Assembly (NCBI RefSeq): GCF_963921235.1
Contig: NC_086097.1
Location: 29,762,001 to 29,826,000, forward strand
Origin: Mobula hypostoma
Taxonomy: Eukaryota
Length of the DNA: 64,000 nt
Direction of reading: 5' to 3'
Positions within the stretch are counted from its first letter, which is position 1. Every line of letters starts with the position of its first letter. Below the pieces are notes generated by a model that saw only the letters and a program-made list of their open reading frames with translations, was not told where the DNA came from and made no database searches. A program made the position numbers and the translations under genes. Shown here in pieces: positions 1 through 13,124 of this stretch.

Positions 1-474
1 GCCCAGTACTGTGCACACAGTGATATTAATTGAGTGACAAATCCCAAGTTGGCATCAAAGTTCAGGCAGAGATCAAAACATCCAGGGAAATCCAAAAACC
101 AGAATCAGGAAACAGGCAGAGTCAATATCAGACAGACAGAGTACAGATACAAATGCTGGACAGGCTCAGGAAAATTCACTGGCACAACCTGGCAACAAAC
201 AGCTGGAAACACAGGAGTGAAATACACTGAGCAATAAACAGAGAGGCAGATGACAGGCAGAGCACAGTGAGACACAGGTGGCAGCAATTCAGGTAATAAT
301 GAGGAACAGGTGAGAGACGGAGTACTCAGTAATACAGGAGCCGGAGTAGAGCAGGAGCGGGGACAGGAGTACATGGGCCATGAAAACAAACAAGAGCACA
401 TGGCAATACAAAACCACAGACTGATGGCCAGGGGGGAGGCACACAAAAAGACAGTTCAACTGGAGGTACTGACA
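1..474 (-). mobile_element. Probable solo LTR (Gypsy-type), running off the left edge and abutting a CR1 ORF1 fragment
   Basis: The minus strand starts TGTCAGTACC at 474. It has the pyrimidine/TG-rich composition of the other LTRs in the window, and CR1 sequence resumes immediately at 475. The other end and TSD are not visible. Confidence 0.5.
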
Positions 475-1558
475 GGACCTGGGTGACTGTCAGGAGAGGG
501 AAAGAAAATGCCAGCCAGTGCAGAGTACCCCAAGGCTGTTCCCCTCAATAATAAGTATACGGGTGGTATATTGTTGGGGAAATAACTTACCGGGGGGAGC
601 TGCAGTGACCGGGTCTCTGGCACTGAGTCCGGTGCGGTGATTCAGAAGAGAGGAAGGGTGAAGAGGACTGCAGTAGTGATAGGGGATTCCCTGCTCAGAG
701 GAGTAGACACAAGATTCTGTGGACACCTGGATGGTACGTTGCCTCCAAGGTGCCGGGGCAGAGATGTCTTGGATAGGGTCCATGGCATTCGAAAGGCAGA
801 GGATGGGCACTCAGAAGTCTTGGTTCATGTTGGCACCAATGGCATAAGTAGGAAAAAGGAGCTGGTCCTTTTAGAGAATTTAAAGATCTAGGTAGAAAAC
901 TGAAAAGCAGGATCTTCAGGGTAGCAATCTCCTGAATGCTGCCTGTGCCATGCGCCATTGAGGATAAGAATAGGATGGTTTGGCAGATGAATGCATGGCT
1001 GAGGAACTAGGGCAGGGGGCAGAGTTTCAGTTTGCTTGGCCTTTCTGCCAGTCTGCGTGGCCTTTCCAGGCGAGTGGCAAATATTGGGTTCTGCCCCAAT
1101 CCCATGTTCTATACAATGTGATCTACGCTACTGTCTATTGAGCAGATCCGTTTTTCACTCCATGATTCTGCTGCTTTCAGTACAGCGACAGCAGGGTAGA
1201 AGATGTATAAGATGATGAGAGGCATTGATCATGTGGATAGTCAGAGGCTTTTTCCCAGGGCTGATATGCCTGCCACAAGAGGACACAGGTTTAAGGTGCT
1301 GGGGAGTAGGTACAGAGGAGATGTCAGGGTTAAATTTTTTTTACGTAGAGAGTGGTGAGTGCATGGCATGGGCTGCTGGCAACGGTGGTGGAGGCGGATA
1401 CGATAGGGTCTTTTAAGAGACTTTTGGATAGGTACATGGAGCTTAGAAAAATAGAGGACTATGGGTAAGCCTAGTAATTTCTAAGGTAGCGACATGCTCG
1501 GCACAACTTTGTGGGCCAAAGGGCCTGTATTGTGCTGTAGGTTTTCTATGTTTCTATG
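475..1558 (+). mobile_element. CR1 LINE fragments (ORF1 esterase region ~475-1030; 3' end ~1196-1558)
   Basis: VVIGDSLLRGVD...VLVHVGTN esterase (SGNH-like) motifs; 3' tail tttctatgtttctatg. Confidence 0.85.
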
Positions 1559-1559
1559 A

Positions 1560-3060
1560 CCAGAAGCATATGGGTATCAATGATTATATTTGACTGGTAA
1601 GAGTGTTAGGGACTCCTGCGGCGTCAGGGATGCACCAAATTTGAACAATAAGAGTGTCAGGACACCTGCCATCAGGGACTCACCAAATCCGTATGGCAAG
1701 AGCACTAGGAACACCTAAGATCTGGCATCAGAGACACACCAGATCTGGCATCAGGGGGGCATCAGTACCAGTAAAGAGAGGAAGTAAGAGTGACAATTGT
1801 GGAAACAGCTCATAAGTTTAATCACTCCAGGATGACCTAATGAATAAAAGAAAGAGAAAATACGGTAAGTCGGGTGAGAAGGAGAGATAGAAATTGGTAA
1901 TAATGGGTCAAAGAGAGTCTATCCCTGTCCCAAATAAAGGAACACCAGCATGGTATATGTTTAATGATTATGGGAAGGGATCAGTGGAAGAATTGCCTAA
2001 ATGGATTAAATGGACAAGGGATACTGACAAACCCTTCCCACCGGACGGGTCTTTTAATCAGGATAGGATTCAGCAATTGAAAATTGTATTGGAGAAAAGG
2101 GACCTTTTTAAGAGAGGAGTTAAGCATGTGAGATGGCCAGCGTTTGAGGATTGGGAGAAGGAATTAGAAAAGCCTCATGAAAAATTGCTAGTTACTTTAG
2201 AAAACAGGAGAAGGAAAGGTTAGCCGCTGTGGCGTTGGCCCCTCCCCTGGAGGGTGACGATTGGAATTTCTCCTCTCCTCATATGTTTTCCCAAGCACAA
2301 AGTGAGGGAGTGATGTCACTTAGTCCTGAAATTCCTGCTCCAGATTCAGCAGACCAAATCCTAATGGATGTCTGATCACTTTATCCTGAAAAACCTGTTA
2401 TTCAGCGCCCCTGAATTCCCAGACCACATTCCCCTACGCCTCAGTGTGGTACAGAACTGACAAGCAATACCTCGGCCACTGATCAGGGTCAAGGTCAGGA
2501 GGAACAACAGCATTAACCGGATCACCTCCTGGAGTGCTCCCCTTAAGGTATTTCCCCGCCGGGGTGGAGGGGGAACCAAGGGGTGTATATCGACCTTGGA
2601 TGGCAGAACTGAGGGCTACAATAGAAGAACTGCCTGACCCAGACACAGGCTTGGAAAAAGCTATTTAGAAACTTAAAACTATTATTTTATGTCACAAACC
2701 TGGTATTGTGGATTTGAAAACTTTAATGAGGTCATGGTTAGACTGCAAACTCAAATTTTATGAGGTTAAATTTCAGGGCTCTCAAAAGCACTAGGCCAGG
2801 ATCTGCCACCATGCCAAATGAAGATTTTTATAAAACTATGTACGAAGCATTATATACCGCATTTCCAAAAGAGGCTAATTGGTCTAAGATTATGGAGACA
2901 CAACAAGGTAGAGGTGAGTCTGTAAAAGAATAGATAGAGAAGGTAACACAGAAAATGAAACAATTTTCAGGACTGCTAAAACAGCGACTACGGGACCTAC
3001 AATTAGTACTACTGAGCACCAGAATTGCATTTGGTGCTCAAACTGGCCTGCTTAGGATGG
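1560..3060 (+). pseudogene. gag: Endogenous retrovirus fragment, class I (epsilon/gamma-like): leader plus degraded gag (matrix and capsid)
   Basis: MG start at 1903 (MGQRESIP...PFPPDGSF), Pro-rich spacer, then capsid-like VYRPW...ELPDPDTG and AFPKEANWSKIMETQQGRGESVKE*IEKV. Stops and frameshifts are present; no LTR or pol is seen. Confidence 0.7.
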
Positions 3061-3449
3061 AGAACAAAACCTGTGGTAGATCTGATCTCAGTATTAAAAG
3101 TAGCAGTCCTCACAAAATTTGTTGTTTTGCAGTAGTAGTGCAAGGCAATATAGACATTATACCCTAAATGACAATAATAAATATATAACTAGTGCGAAAA
3201 GAGAGCATAGTAATGAGAGGAGGAGATGTCTTGGATGGTGGGGGTCTTTTGTAATAGATGCCACCTTCCTGAGCCACCGCCTTCTGAAGATGTCCTCAGG
3301 GGTAGAGGGTTGTGCCTGTGATGGAGCTGGCCGAGTTACAACCCTCTGCAGCTTTTCCAATCCTGTCCATGCCAAACGGTAATGCAACTAGTTGGAATGC
3401 TCTCTGAGGGGGAAGTCTGTGCCAGAACTGACAGCAGCCAGCTCAGATC

Positions 3450-5150
3450 AGGTGAGAAGAAGGACAGAGCAGTTCCATTCCTCTGGTCGTCTCATTGCAG
3501 GAGGGATGCAGAGCCTCCAGAGAGGGTGCACAAGAGGCTCACCAGGGTGATGCCTGGATTAGGGGGCATGCGTATAATGACAGGCTGGACATACCTGAAC
3601 TGTTTCCTCTGGAGTGGCAGAGACCTGATAGAAGTTTATAAAATTATTGAACATAGATAAGTTCAGAGATGTACAGTATATGATTTTTACACAGAGAGTT
3701 GTGGGTGGCTAGAATACACTGCCAGAGGTGGTGGTGGAGGCAGATATGATAGAGAAGTTTAAGAGGCTCTTAAACAGACACGTGAATATCTGGGGAATGG
3801 AGGGATTTAGCACGTGTGCAGGCAGAAGAGAAGACAGAACAAAGAACATGAAAGGCAAGAATAGTGCAGCACAGTACAGGCCCTTCAGCCCGATGATGTT
3901 ATGCAACCTTTTAATCTACCCCAAGATAAATCTAATCCTTCCTTCCCATATAGCCCTCCATTTCTCATCCTTTAGTCTCATAGATCACTCAAAGTTGCTG
4001 CACAGATTGAGAGGATAGTTAAAAAGACATATGGTGTGTTGGCGTTCATTAGTTGGGTGACTGAGTTTAAGAGCCGTGAGGTAATGTTGCAGCTCTATAA
4101 AACCCTGGTTAGACCACACTTGGAAAATTGTGTTCAGTTCAGGTCGCCCCATTATAGGAAGGATGTGGCAGCTTTAGAGAGGGTGCAGAGGAGATTTACC
4201 AGGATGCTGCCTGGATTAGAGAGCATGTCTTAAGGGGTAGGTTGGGCAAGGGAGGGCTTTTCTCTTTGACGCAAGGAGGACAAGAGGCGAGTTGATATAG
4301 GTGTACAAGATGATAAGAGCCAGGGACCTTTTCCCCAGGGCAGAAATGACTAACACAAGGGGGCATAATTTTAAGGTGATTGGAGGAAAGTATAGGGGTA
4401 TGTCAGAGATAGGTTTTTTATACAGAGAGTAGTGGGTGCATGGAATGCCTTGCTAAGAGTGGTGGTGAAAGCAGATACATTAGGGACATTTAAAAGACTC
4501 CTAGGCATGATGGATGAAAGAAAATAGAAAGCTATGTGGGAGGGAAGGGTTAGATTGATCTTGGAATAGATTAAAATGTCAGCATAAGGTGGGTTGAGGG
4601 GTCTGTACTGTGCTGTAGTGGTCTGTGTTTTCTATTATATAGATTGCTAGCCATATCACTTCTATAAATTTGCTAATCTATAGATCAGACCTACACTAAT
4701 TACCATACATCTCAGGATTTTTGGGAGGAGCCAGAGGAGGACTAATATTCCAAGAGAAAGGGCATAAAATGTATTCCATAGCTTCATTGTTTCCCTTGTT
4801 TGAAGCTTACTCTTTTCCTGGCCAAGATGTTTCCTATAACTGGGGAGTCTAGGACAAGAGGGCACAGCCTTGGAAAAGAAGGATGTCCCTCTAGAACAGA
4901 GGAGGAAATCCTTTAGTCAGAGCAGTGAATCTGTGGAATTCATTGCCACAGGTGGCTGTGGAGGCCACATCATTGGGTACTGTATAAAGTGGAGGTTGTT
5001 AGGTTCATGATTAGTAAGGGTGTCAAAGATTAAGGGGAAATGGCAGGAGAATGGGGTTGAGGGTGATAATAAATCAGACATGATTGAATGTCAGAGCATA
5101 CTTGATGGGCTGAAAGCCTTAATTCTGCTCCTATGTCTCATGGTCTTATT
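3450..5150 (+). mobile_element. Patchwork of 5'-truncated CR1 LINE 3' ends
   Basis: LYKTLVRPHLENCVQFRSPHYRKDVAALERVQRRFTRM (CR1 RT C-terminus); CR1 3' UTR hairpins and tails. Confidence 0.8.
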
Positions 5151-6390
5151 GGCTGTAAGGCAGCAGCAAATCAGTAAAAAATTAATTTTGCAAAATGCAA
5201 AATTGAAGCCCACAAGTCATTGTTAGCCACCTCCAAGTCAACACACTGCCATAACTTGGACAATTTGGATAACATCCGTCAGTGTGAGGAGAAAGCGAAA
5301 GGGAGGTGGCGTATGTTCTCATCCTGGCAACATCGCTGGCCCTTGCCCCTGATGGATCTACAGCAGGGGGATTCTGGTCACTCCCTGCTGGCCAGGGACA
5401 ACGCCCAGAGGCAGAGACTGGATTCACCACTGGGGGAAAGCCCCAGGACATTGGCAGAGACCCCGTCAAAGACAGGCCGGTATAGGAAAAGGATAGGACA
5501 CCTTTCCACCAAGGGATCTCAATTCAGAATCTCAGGATGGAAGGTGATCACAGTGAAGGCAGCCAGCAATCTGCCGTCTACACAGAAGAATCATCAACAC
5601 TTGGAATATTGAGATGTACAGAAGGCAAACTTGGCATGTCCTCCCAAGTGTACGGAAAACACATCAGATGCCAACACAAATGGAATCACATGCCAAGGAA
5701 CTCCTTTTCAACTGGCGATATCAGGAACTAGTTGTGGAGACAGGATTCATAGCTTACATCTGATTATGCTTAATCATGTCAAAGATAGCTTAGTTTAAAT
5801 AATCATTTGCTTATTTAGGGTAACACATCATTAATAAACTTCACTTCTTTGCGGCTTAGATCAATAATAGGATGGATGCAACAGAAACTGGAATTGGTTT
5901 ATTATTGTGCTGAGATACAGAGCAGTGAAAATTTGCCTGTTCATACAGTTCAAATCATTACCCAGTGCAATGATGTAGTACAAGGGAAAACAATAATAAT
6001 GCAGAATAAAGTGTAACAGTTACGGAGAAATTACAGTGGAAGTAAACAAAAAGGTGCAAGGTTATAAAATAAAACATTGAACGTAGAGCATGACAGCACG
6101 GATCAAACCCTTTGGCACACATAGTCATGTCAACGTTTTACCCATCTCCAAGATCAATCTAACCCTTTCCTCCCAAAGAGCTCTCCATTTGTCTTTCATT
6201 CACGAACCTATCTAAGAGGCTCTTAAATGTCCCTAACATATCTGCCTCTACCACCCCTCCTGACAGATGTTCCATGCAACTGGGTGTAAAAAACCTGCCT
6301 CTGACGTCACCCCCTATACTTACCAACAATCCCCTTAAAATTATGCTGCTGGCTTTAGCCATTTCTGCGCTGGGAAAAAGGCACTGCTGG

Positions 6391-9065
6391 TAAAATAAAA
6401 ATGAAATCAAATCATTAGAAAGAAGTGACATAGGATCGGAAAGTGTAGAATTGCTGTGGGTCAAGCTAAGAAACGCAAGAGTGAAAAGACTCTGATGGGA
6501 GTTATATACAGACCTCCTCCAAACAGTAGCAAAGATGAGGTTTACAAATTGCAATGGGAGATTGAAAATGCATATGAAAAGGGCAATGTTACGATAGTCA
6601 TGGGGGATTTCAATGTGCAGGTAGATTGGGAAAATCAGGTTGGTGCTGAATTTCAAGAGGGGAAATTTGTAGAATGTCTACAAAATGGTTTTTTGGAACA
6701 GCTTGTGATTCTGCCCACTAGGGGATCATCTATTCTGCATTGGGTGCTATGCAAAGAACCAGATTTGATTAGAGAGCTTGAGGTAAGGGAACCCTGAGGA
6801 GAGCTGATCATAATATGATAGAATTAACCCTTCAGTTTGAAAAGGGACAGCTAAAGTCAGATGTATGAGTATTACAGTGGAATAAAGGGAATTACAGAGG
6901 CATGAGAGAGGAACTAGCCAAAATTGATTGGAAGAGAACATGAACAGGAATGATGGCAGAGCAGCAATGGCTGGAATTTCTGGGAGTATTTTGGAAGGTG
7001 TAGGATAGATACATCCCAAAGAAGAAATATTCTGAAAGCAGAATGATGCAACTGTGGATGACAAGGGAAGTTAAAACCAACATAAAAGCCAAAGAGAGAG
7101 ACTATAATAGAGCAAAATTTAGTGGGAAGTTCGAGGATTGGGAGCCTTTTAAAAACCAACAGAAGGCAACTAAAGAAGTAATAAAGAAGGAAAAGATGGA
7201 ATACAAAGGTAAGTTAGCCAAAAATATTAAAAGGGTTAGAAAATTTTCTTCAGATATCTCAAGAGAAAAAGAGTAGTGAGAGTAGATATCATCTGCTGGA
7301 AAATGGTGCTGGAGCAGTAGTAATGGGGATCAAGGAAATGGTGGACAAAGGGAATAAGTATTTTGCATCACCCTTCACTGTGGAAGACACTAGCAGAGTG
7401 TCAGAAGTTCAAGAATGTCATGGGGCAGAAGAGTGAAGTTGCCATTACTAGGAAGAAGGTGCTTGAGAGACTGAAGGGTCTGAAGGTAGAAAAGTCACTT
7501 GGACTGGATGGTCCATACCCCAGGGTTCTGATGGAGGTGGCTGAAGACAATGTGAAACAATAGTAATGATCAATGGATTCCAACATTTTTTCAGAGGACT
7601 GGAAAATTGCAAATGTCATTCCACTCATCAAGAAGGGAGAGAGGATGAAGAAAGGAAATTACAGGCCAGTTGGTCTGACCTCAGTGGTTGGAGTTGATTA
7701 TTAAGGATGTGGTTTTGGGGTACTTGGAAGCACATGATAAACTAGGTCAAAGTCAGCATGGTTTCCTTAAGGGAAAATATTGCCTGATAAATCTGTTGGA
7801 ATTTTTCAAAGAAACAACAAGCAGTATAGTCAAAGGAGAATCAGTGGGTGGTGTGTACTTGGATTTTGACAAGGTACCACACATGAGCCCACGGTATTAC
7901 AGGAAAGATACTAGCATGGATAGAGCATTGGCTGATTGGCAGGAGCCAAAGATTGGGAATAAAGGGAGTCTTTTCTGGTTGGCTGCTGGTGACTAGTGGT
8001 GGTTTGCAGGGGTCTTTGTTGGAAACGCTTTTTACGTTATATGTCAATGATTTGGATGCAGGAATTGATGGCTTTGTATTCAAGTCCGTGGATGGTATGA
8101 TGACGAGTGGAGGGACAAGTAGTACTGAGTTAGCAGAGTTGCCGTAGGCCTGTGACCCTTGTCTAGTGGCATGACAAACAACATGGAGGCTGTGTAGCCT
8201 TGGCTGTAGAGAGGACCAGACTCAAGCCACAGCTTACCTACTGCTACAGACTGCCATTTTGAATGTTTTGCACCTTGGCACCAGAGCAACACCATTTCAT
8301 TCACTGTATCTATTAAGGTTGAATGATAATTAAACTTCAAAAATTAAAGTTCAAAAATCTGAGGTGCAAGGGGACTTGGGAGTCCTTGAGCAGGAATCCC
8401 TAAAGGTTAATTTGCAGGCTGAGTCGGTGGTGAGGAAGGCAAATGCAATGTTAGCATTCATTTCAGGATGACTAGAATGTAATGCTGAGGCCTTATAAAA
8501 CGTTAGTGAGGCCTCACGGAGTATTGTGAACAGTTTTGGGACATTTATCTAAGAAAAGATGCACTGACGTTGTAGGGAGTTCAAATTAAGTCTGTAAAAA
8601 TGATTCTGGGATTGAAAGGCTTTTTATATGAGGAGTATTTGATGGTTCTGGGCGTATACTCAGAAGAATGGGGGGGAAGATCTCATTGAAGTCTATCAAA
8701 TGTTGAAAGGCCTCGAAACTGTAGATTTGGAGAGGATGTTTGCTGTGGTGGGAGTCTCTAAGACCAGAGGACGCAGCCTCAGAACAGAGGGACGTCCCTT
8801 TAGAATGGAGATAAGGAGAAATTTCTTCAGTGAATCTGTGATGAACCTGTGGAATTCATTGCCACAGACAGCTGTGGAGGCCAAGTCATTAGGTATATTT
8901 AAGACAGAGGTTGATAGATTCTTGATTAGTCAGGGCATAAAGAGATATGGGGAGAAGGCAGGAGATTGGGGCTGAGAGGAAAATTGGATCAGTCATGATG
9001 AAATGGTAGAGTAGACTCGATGGGCCAAATGGCCTAATTCTGCTCCTATATCTCATGGTCTTATG
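6391..9065 (+). mobile_element. Degraded CR1 LINE ORF2 (APE endonuclease, RT, 3' end)
   Basis: GVIYRPP, MGDFN, SQHGF.KGK.CL.NL.EFF and VTSG.LQGS motifs; tail tctcatggtcttatg. Many frameshifts and an unrelated insert at ~8125-8350. Confidence 0.9.
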
Positions 9066-9637
9066 ACCACTCTTTCTATGTCTCTTATCATCGTGTACGT
9101 CTCTATCAAGACACCTCTCATCCTCCAAAAAGAGAAAAGTCCTAGCTCACTCATCCTTTCCTATTCAGACATGCTCTCTAATCAGGCACCATTCTGGTAA
9201 ATCTCCTCTGCACTCTCTCTAAAGCTTCCACATCCTTCCTGTAAAGTGTAATAGTTACAGAGAAAGTGCAATGCAGGTAGTTGCAAATTCGTAACAAGTG
9301 CAATAAATTGCAAAGTCATAACGAGATAGATAATAGACAATAGACAATAGGTGCAGGAGTAGGCCATTCAGCCCTTCGAGCCAGCACCGCCATTCACTGT
9401 GATCATGGCCGATCATCCACAATCAGTACACTTTTCCTGCCTTCTCCCCATATCCCTTCACTCCACTATCTTCAAGAGCTCTAACTCTTTCTTGAAAGAA
9501 TCCAGAGAATTGGCCTCCACTGCCTTCTGAGGCAGAGCATTCCACAGATCCACAACTCTCTGTGTGAAAAAGATTTTTTTTTTCTGAGCTAGATTGTAAG
9601 GTCAAGATTCTATTGTATCGTAAGACCAGAATAATTT

Positions 9638-9840
9638 ATGCTGGAGGAACTCTGCAGGCCAGGCAGCATCTATGGAAAAGAGTAAACAGTCGATGTTTCG
9701 GGCCAAGACCCTTCATCAGGCCTCTCAGCGCAAAACGTTGTCTGTATACTCTTTTCCATAGATGCTGCCTGGCCTGCTGAGTTCCTCTAGCATTTTGTGG
9801 GTGTTGCTTGGTTTGCCAGCATCTGCAGATTTTCTCGTCT
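9638..9840. mobile_element. Palindromic Penelope-derived short repeat with a hammerhead-like core
   Basis: Arm atgctggaggaactc..caggccaggcagcatctatggaaaagagta is inverted against tactcttttccatagatgctgcctggcctgctgagttcctc. CTGATGAAGGGTCTTGGCCCGAAAC is on the minus strand. Confidence 0.7.
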
Positions 9841-10586
9841 TGTAATTTTTGATGGTTTGCTATGAAACAGCAATGTGGCCAAAAATATGCAATAGATGTC
9901 CATGATCCTATATCAAACCAGCAACAGACCAGCCACAATGGAGGTTAGTTACTATATAAAAAAATAAATCATTCAGTGTCTGAAATTTGTTCTCTCACAC
10001 ATTCCCATCACCTCCCGCTAAGATTCCACCATACACCTACACTAGACGGGTAAATTACAGTGACCAGCATGTCATACAGCACGGAAACTGGCCTTTCATC
10101 CATGCCAACCAAGATGCCAATTTAAACCGGTGCCATTTGCCTGTGTTTGGCCCATATCCCTCTAAATCTTTCCCATCCATGTACCATACCTGGCCAGGTG
10201 AGCTTTAAATGTTGTAACTGTATCTCCCGTTACCACTTCCTCTGGCCGCACATTCCACATGGGATCGTGGAACAGACTTAATGGCAGAACAGCCTAATTC
10301 AGCTCCTATTTCTTTTGGTCTTATGGTCTTATAACCACTACCCTCTGAGTGAATAACCTGCCCCTGGGGTCGCCCTAAACCTTTCCCCTCTCACTTTATG
10401 TAGAAGATCGAACACAGAACATAGAACTGTACAGAATCAGGTTTATTATCACTGATGTATGTCAAGCAATTTGTTGTTTTGTGGAAGCAGTGTAATGCAG
10501 TACATAAAAATACTATGCTCCAATAAGAAATAAAATAAAAATAAATAGAAAAAAAGAAAGCAAAATCAGCACCTTTGACCCACTAA

Positions 10587-11099
10587 AGGCTGATTTATAC
10601 TTCTGCGTCAACTCAACGTGGTAGCCTACGCAAGTGGCCTACGTGCGTTGTGAGCATTTATACTTGTGCGTTGGTGAGTCTACGTCGCTCTGCAATTCAC
10701 ACTCATCACGCATGCACACACACCTGCCCATGCAAGGCTTCATGGTCATGGTAGTCTTTCTGGGGGTAAACAATAAGTGAGCGTTATTTTTTCGTAAAAG
10801 CGAAATGTGTCCTCCATAATTTCAGAGGTCTGTAAGGCTTTATGGAAAGCATTGCAGCGAGAGTTCCTTCCCTGCCCTTCAGTCGGCCCGTGGGAAGCTA
10901 TTGCAGCGTAGGATGAAATGCGATGCTACCAAGCGGACCAATCACAGCTGTTGCGTTCTGCGTTGCTGCGTTGCCGCGACGTGTAGTTGCATTTTGGGAA
11001 AGGTGCGCGTCAGGCTATGGTGTAGGGATCCGTGTAGGCTCTGCGTAGGTTTTGTGGCGACCTACGGCGTCGAGTTGATGCAGAAGTATAAATCAGCCT
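10587..11099. mobile_element. PIF/Harbinger-like MITE (513 bp)
   Basis: TIRs aggctgatttatacttctgcgtcaactc / gagttgatgcagaagtataaatcagcct, with a TAA target duplication on both sides. Confidence 0.85.
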
Positions 11100-11531
11100 T
11101 AAGCCTATGCCAACTCTGATACCAATCTAAGCTGATCCCCTAGCCTGCACATTGTCCACATTCCCCCCATTCCCTGCCTGTTCATGTTTCTTTCAAATGT
11201 TGTTCTCATGTCAGCTTCCATCACCATCCCTGGCTGTGTGTTCCAGGCACCTATCTCCCCGTCTAAAAGAAAATACTGCCTCACATGTCTCCTTGAAAAT
11301 TTACCCTCTCACATTAAAACTATACCCTCTAGTATTTGACATCTTCATCCTGGGGAAAAGACTCTGACCGCCTTCTCGATCCATGCCTCTCATAATTTTA
11401 TAAACCTCTATCGGATCTCCCCTCAGCCTCTGGCACTCCAGAGAAAAGAACCCAGGTTGTCCAACCTCTCCCTTTAGTTCCCGTCCTCCAGTCGCAGCAA
11501 CGTTACTGGGAATCCTTTCTGCACCGTCTCA

Positions 11532-11830
11532 TGGCGGCACGGTGGTGAAGCGGTTAGCATAAGATCGGGGTTCAGGTCCCGACACTGTCTCTGAGGAGTT
11601 TGTACGTTCTCCCTGTGACCACGTGGGTTTCCTTTGGGTGTTCTGGTCTCTTCCCGTATTCCAGCTATGTACTGGTTAAGGTTAGCAAGTTGTGGGCATG
11701 CTGTGACAACACTTCCGGGCTGCCCCCAGCACATCGTCAGACTGTCATTCATGCAAATGATGTATTTCACTCTATGTTTCCATGTTTCAGTGTCCTCTCG
11801 GCAGATAAAGCTCACCTTTATCTTTATCTT
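11532..11830 (+). mobile_element. tRNA-derived V-domain SINE (representative copy; others at ~33445, 37433, 47380-47720, 57540-57800, 60515)
   Basis: ggcggcacggtgg...ggttca head, ggagtttgtacgttctccctgtgaccacgtgggtttcc V-domain core, (tttatc)n tail. Confidence 0.75.
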
Positions 11831-12109
11831 TACAAGGTAAAACAATAACAGAATGACAAAACAAACTGATGAAGGTAGGGCAGTGGATGTGGTGTATGCG
11901 GATGCAGTCGTGCATGGCGAGAGCGTGCAAACTCCCTGCGGAGAGTGGCGAGATTCAGACCTCCATCTTACAAGTGGCTGCTGTAAAGTATCGTGATGTA
12001 TATATGACAAATAAAGCTCATCTTGAATCTTCATCACATCTTTTCTCTTTCGTTGTGGCCAGAACTGCAAATGTGACCTAACCCATGGCTTGTACAACTG
12101 TAAGTTCAA

Positions 12110-12915
12110 CTTTAATTGAACGCCAAACGAATGAGCGTTCCTCCAGGGCCAAGTTGCAAGATACAGTACCAGCAGTCACACACACAGCACAAGGCACAGA
12201 CAGCACATATAATTAGATAGCAGAAAAACATACAGTCCAGTCCAAGTCAGTTTAATTGTCATTCAACCATATATGAATACATCGGAACAAAACAGTGTTC
12301 CTCCAGGGCAACAGGCACACACAGCCACACAAGGCACATATAGTAGCACAGAAAGCATACAGTCACACAGAAACAATATAATCCAGCCCGAGTCCCTGAG
12401 TGACTAGTTGGTCCTGTAAGTTGATGGGGTATGGGACATTATCCTGGAGCCATGTTTTTGCAAGAATAACCGTGCAGCGTTCCTCATCGCTCGCCAGTGC
12501 AGGTGCAGACGGACGTAATCAGCCTTGTCTTCCACTGAACGAACATTAGCGAGCAGCCCCGGTGGGAGGGGACAGTCCCCAACCCAGCTAGGACTTGCGC
12601 CTCTCCCCTGGGAGGCTGCAACAGGCGACCCCATGGCATGAGGTCCTACTCCGGACAACACAGCTCCCTCGCCGTTGGTCTCTCCAGTGAACCGGGCTTG
12701 CGGTATTCTACATTACAGATGTCCAAGTGGGTCTTGCGAGTCCAGCTCCACTGCTATCAAGCAACTCGTTAGTGGGGTAGATCAGTAGTACTTGATGTTC
12801 TTAATATCAATAATCATAAAAATAGGTAAAGGAACAAACTATTACACCTTTGGTTGGGCCCGGAGAGGCTGCTGTAGCCAATTGCACTGCCGCATTACCA
12901 GAACCTTACCGGAAG
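12110..12915 (-). mobile_element. Rex1/Babar-like internally deleted non-LTR element
   Basis: Minus-strand LPPGLLANVRSVEDKADY resembles the endonuclease start LPS.LLANVRSL.NK.D, joined to 3'-end repeats. Confidence 0.55.
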
Positions 12916-13124
12916 CTGTAACATAATGTTCCAACTCCTACACTGAGTCTACCTGTGGCACCAATTTCAGAGAAGTGTGAACTTGTACCCCAAGACCACA
13001 TTATTCTCACTCTCCAGGGATCTGCCATTCACTCTGCAAATGCTGGCTGGGCAAAATTCCCAAAATTTATCACTTTGCACTTGCCTCAGTTAAATTCCAC
13101 CAGCGAAATATGCAGAGGAGATTT

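Noticed and set aside
5220..5750. Overlapping ORFs (130 aa +, 95 aa -) as an exon
   Set aside because: No recognisable domain or splice signals; more likely a degraded retroelement piece.
11532..11600. tRNA genes at SINE heads
   Set aside because: Only degenerate A/B-box-like heads fused to V-domain SINE bodies; no complete cloverleaf.
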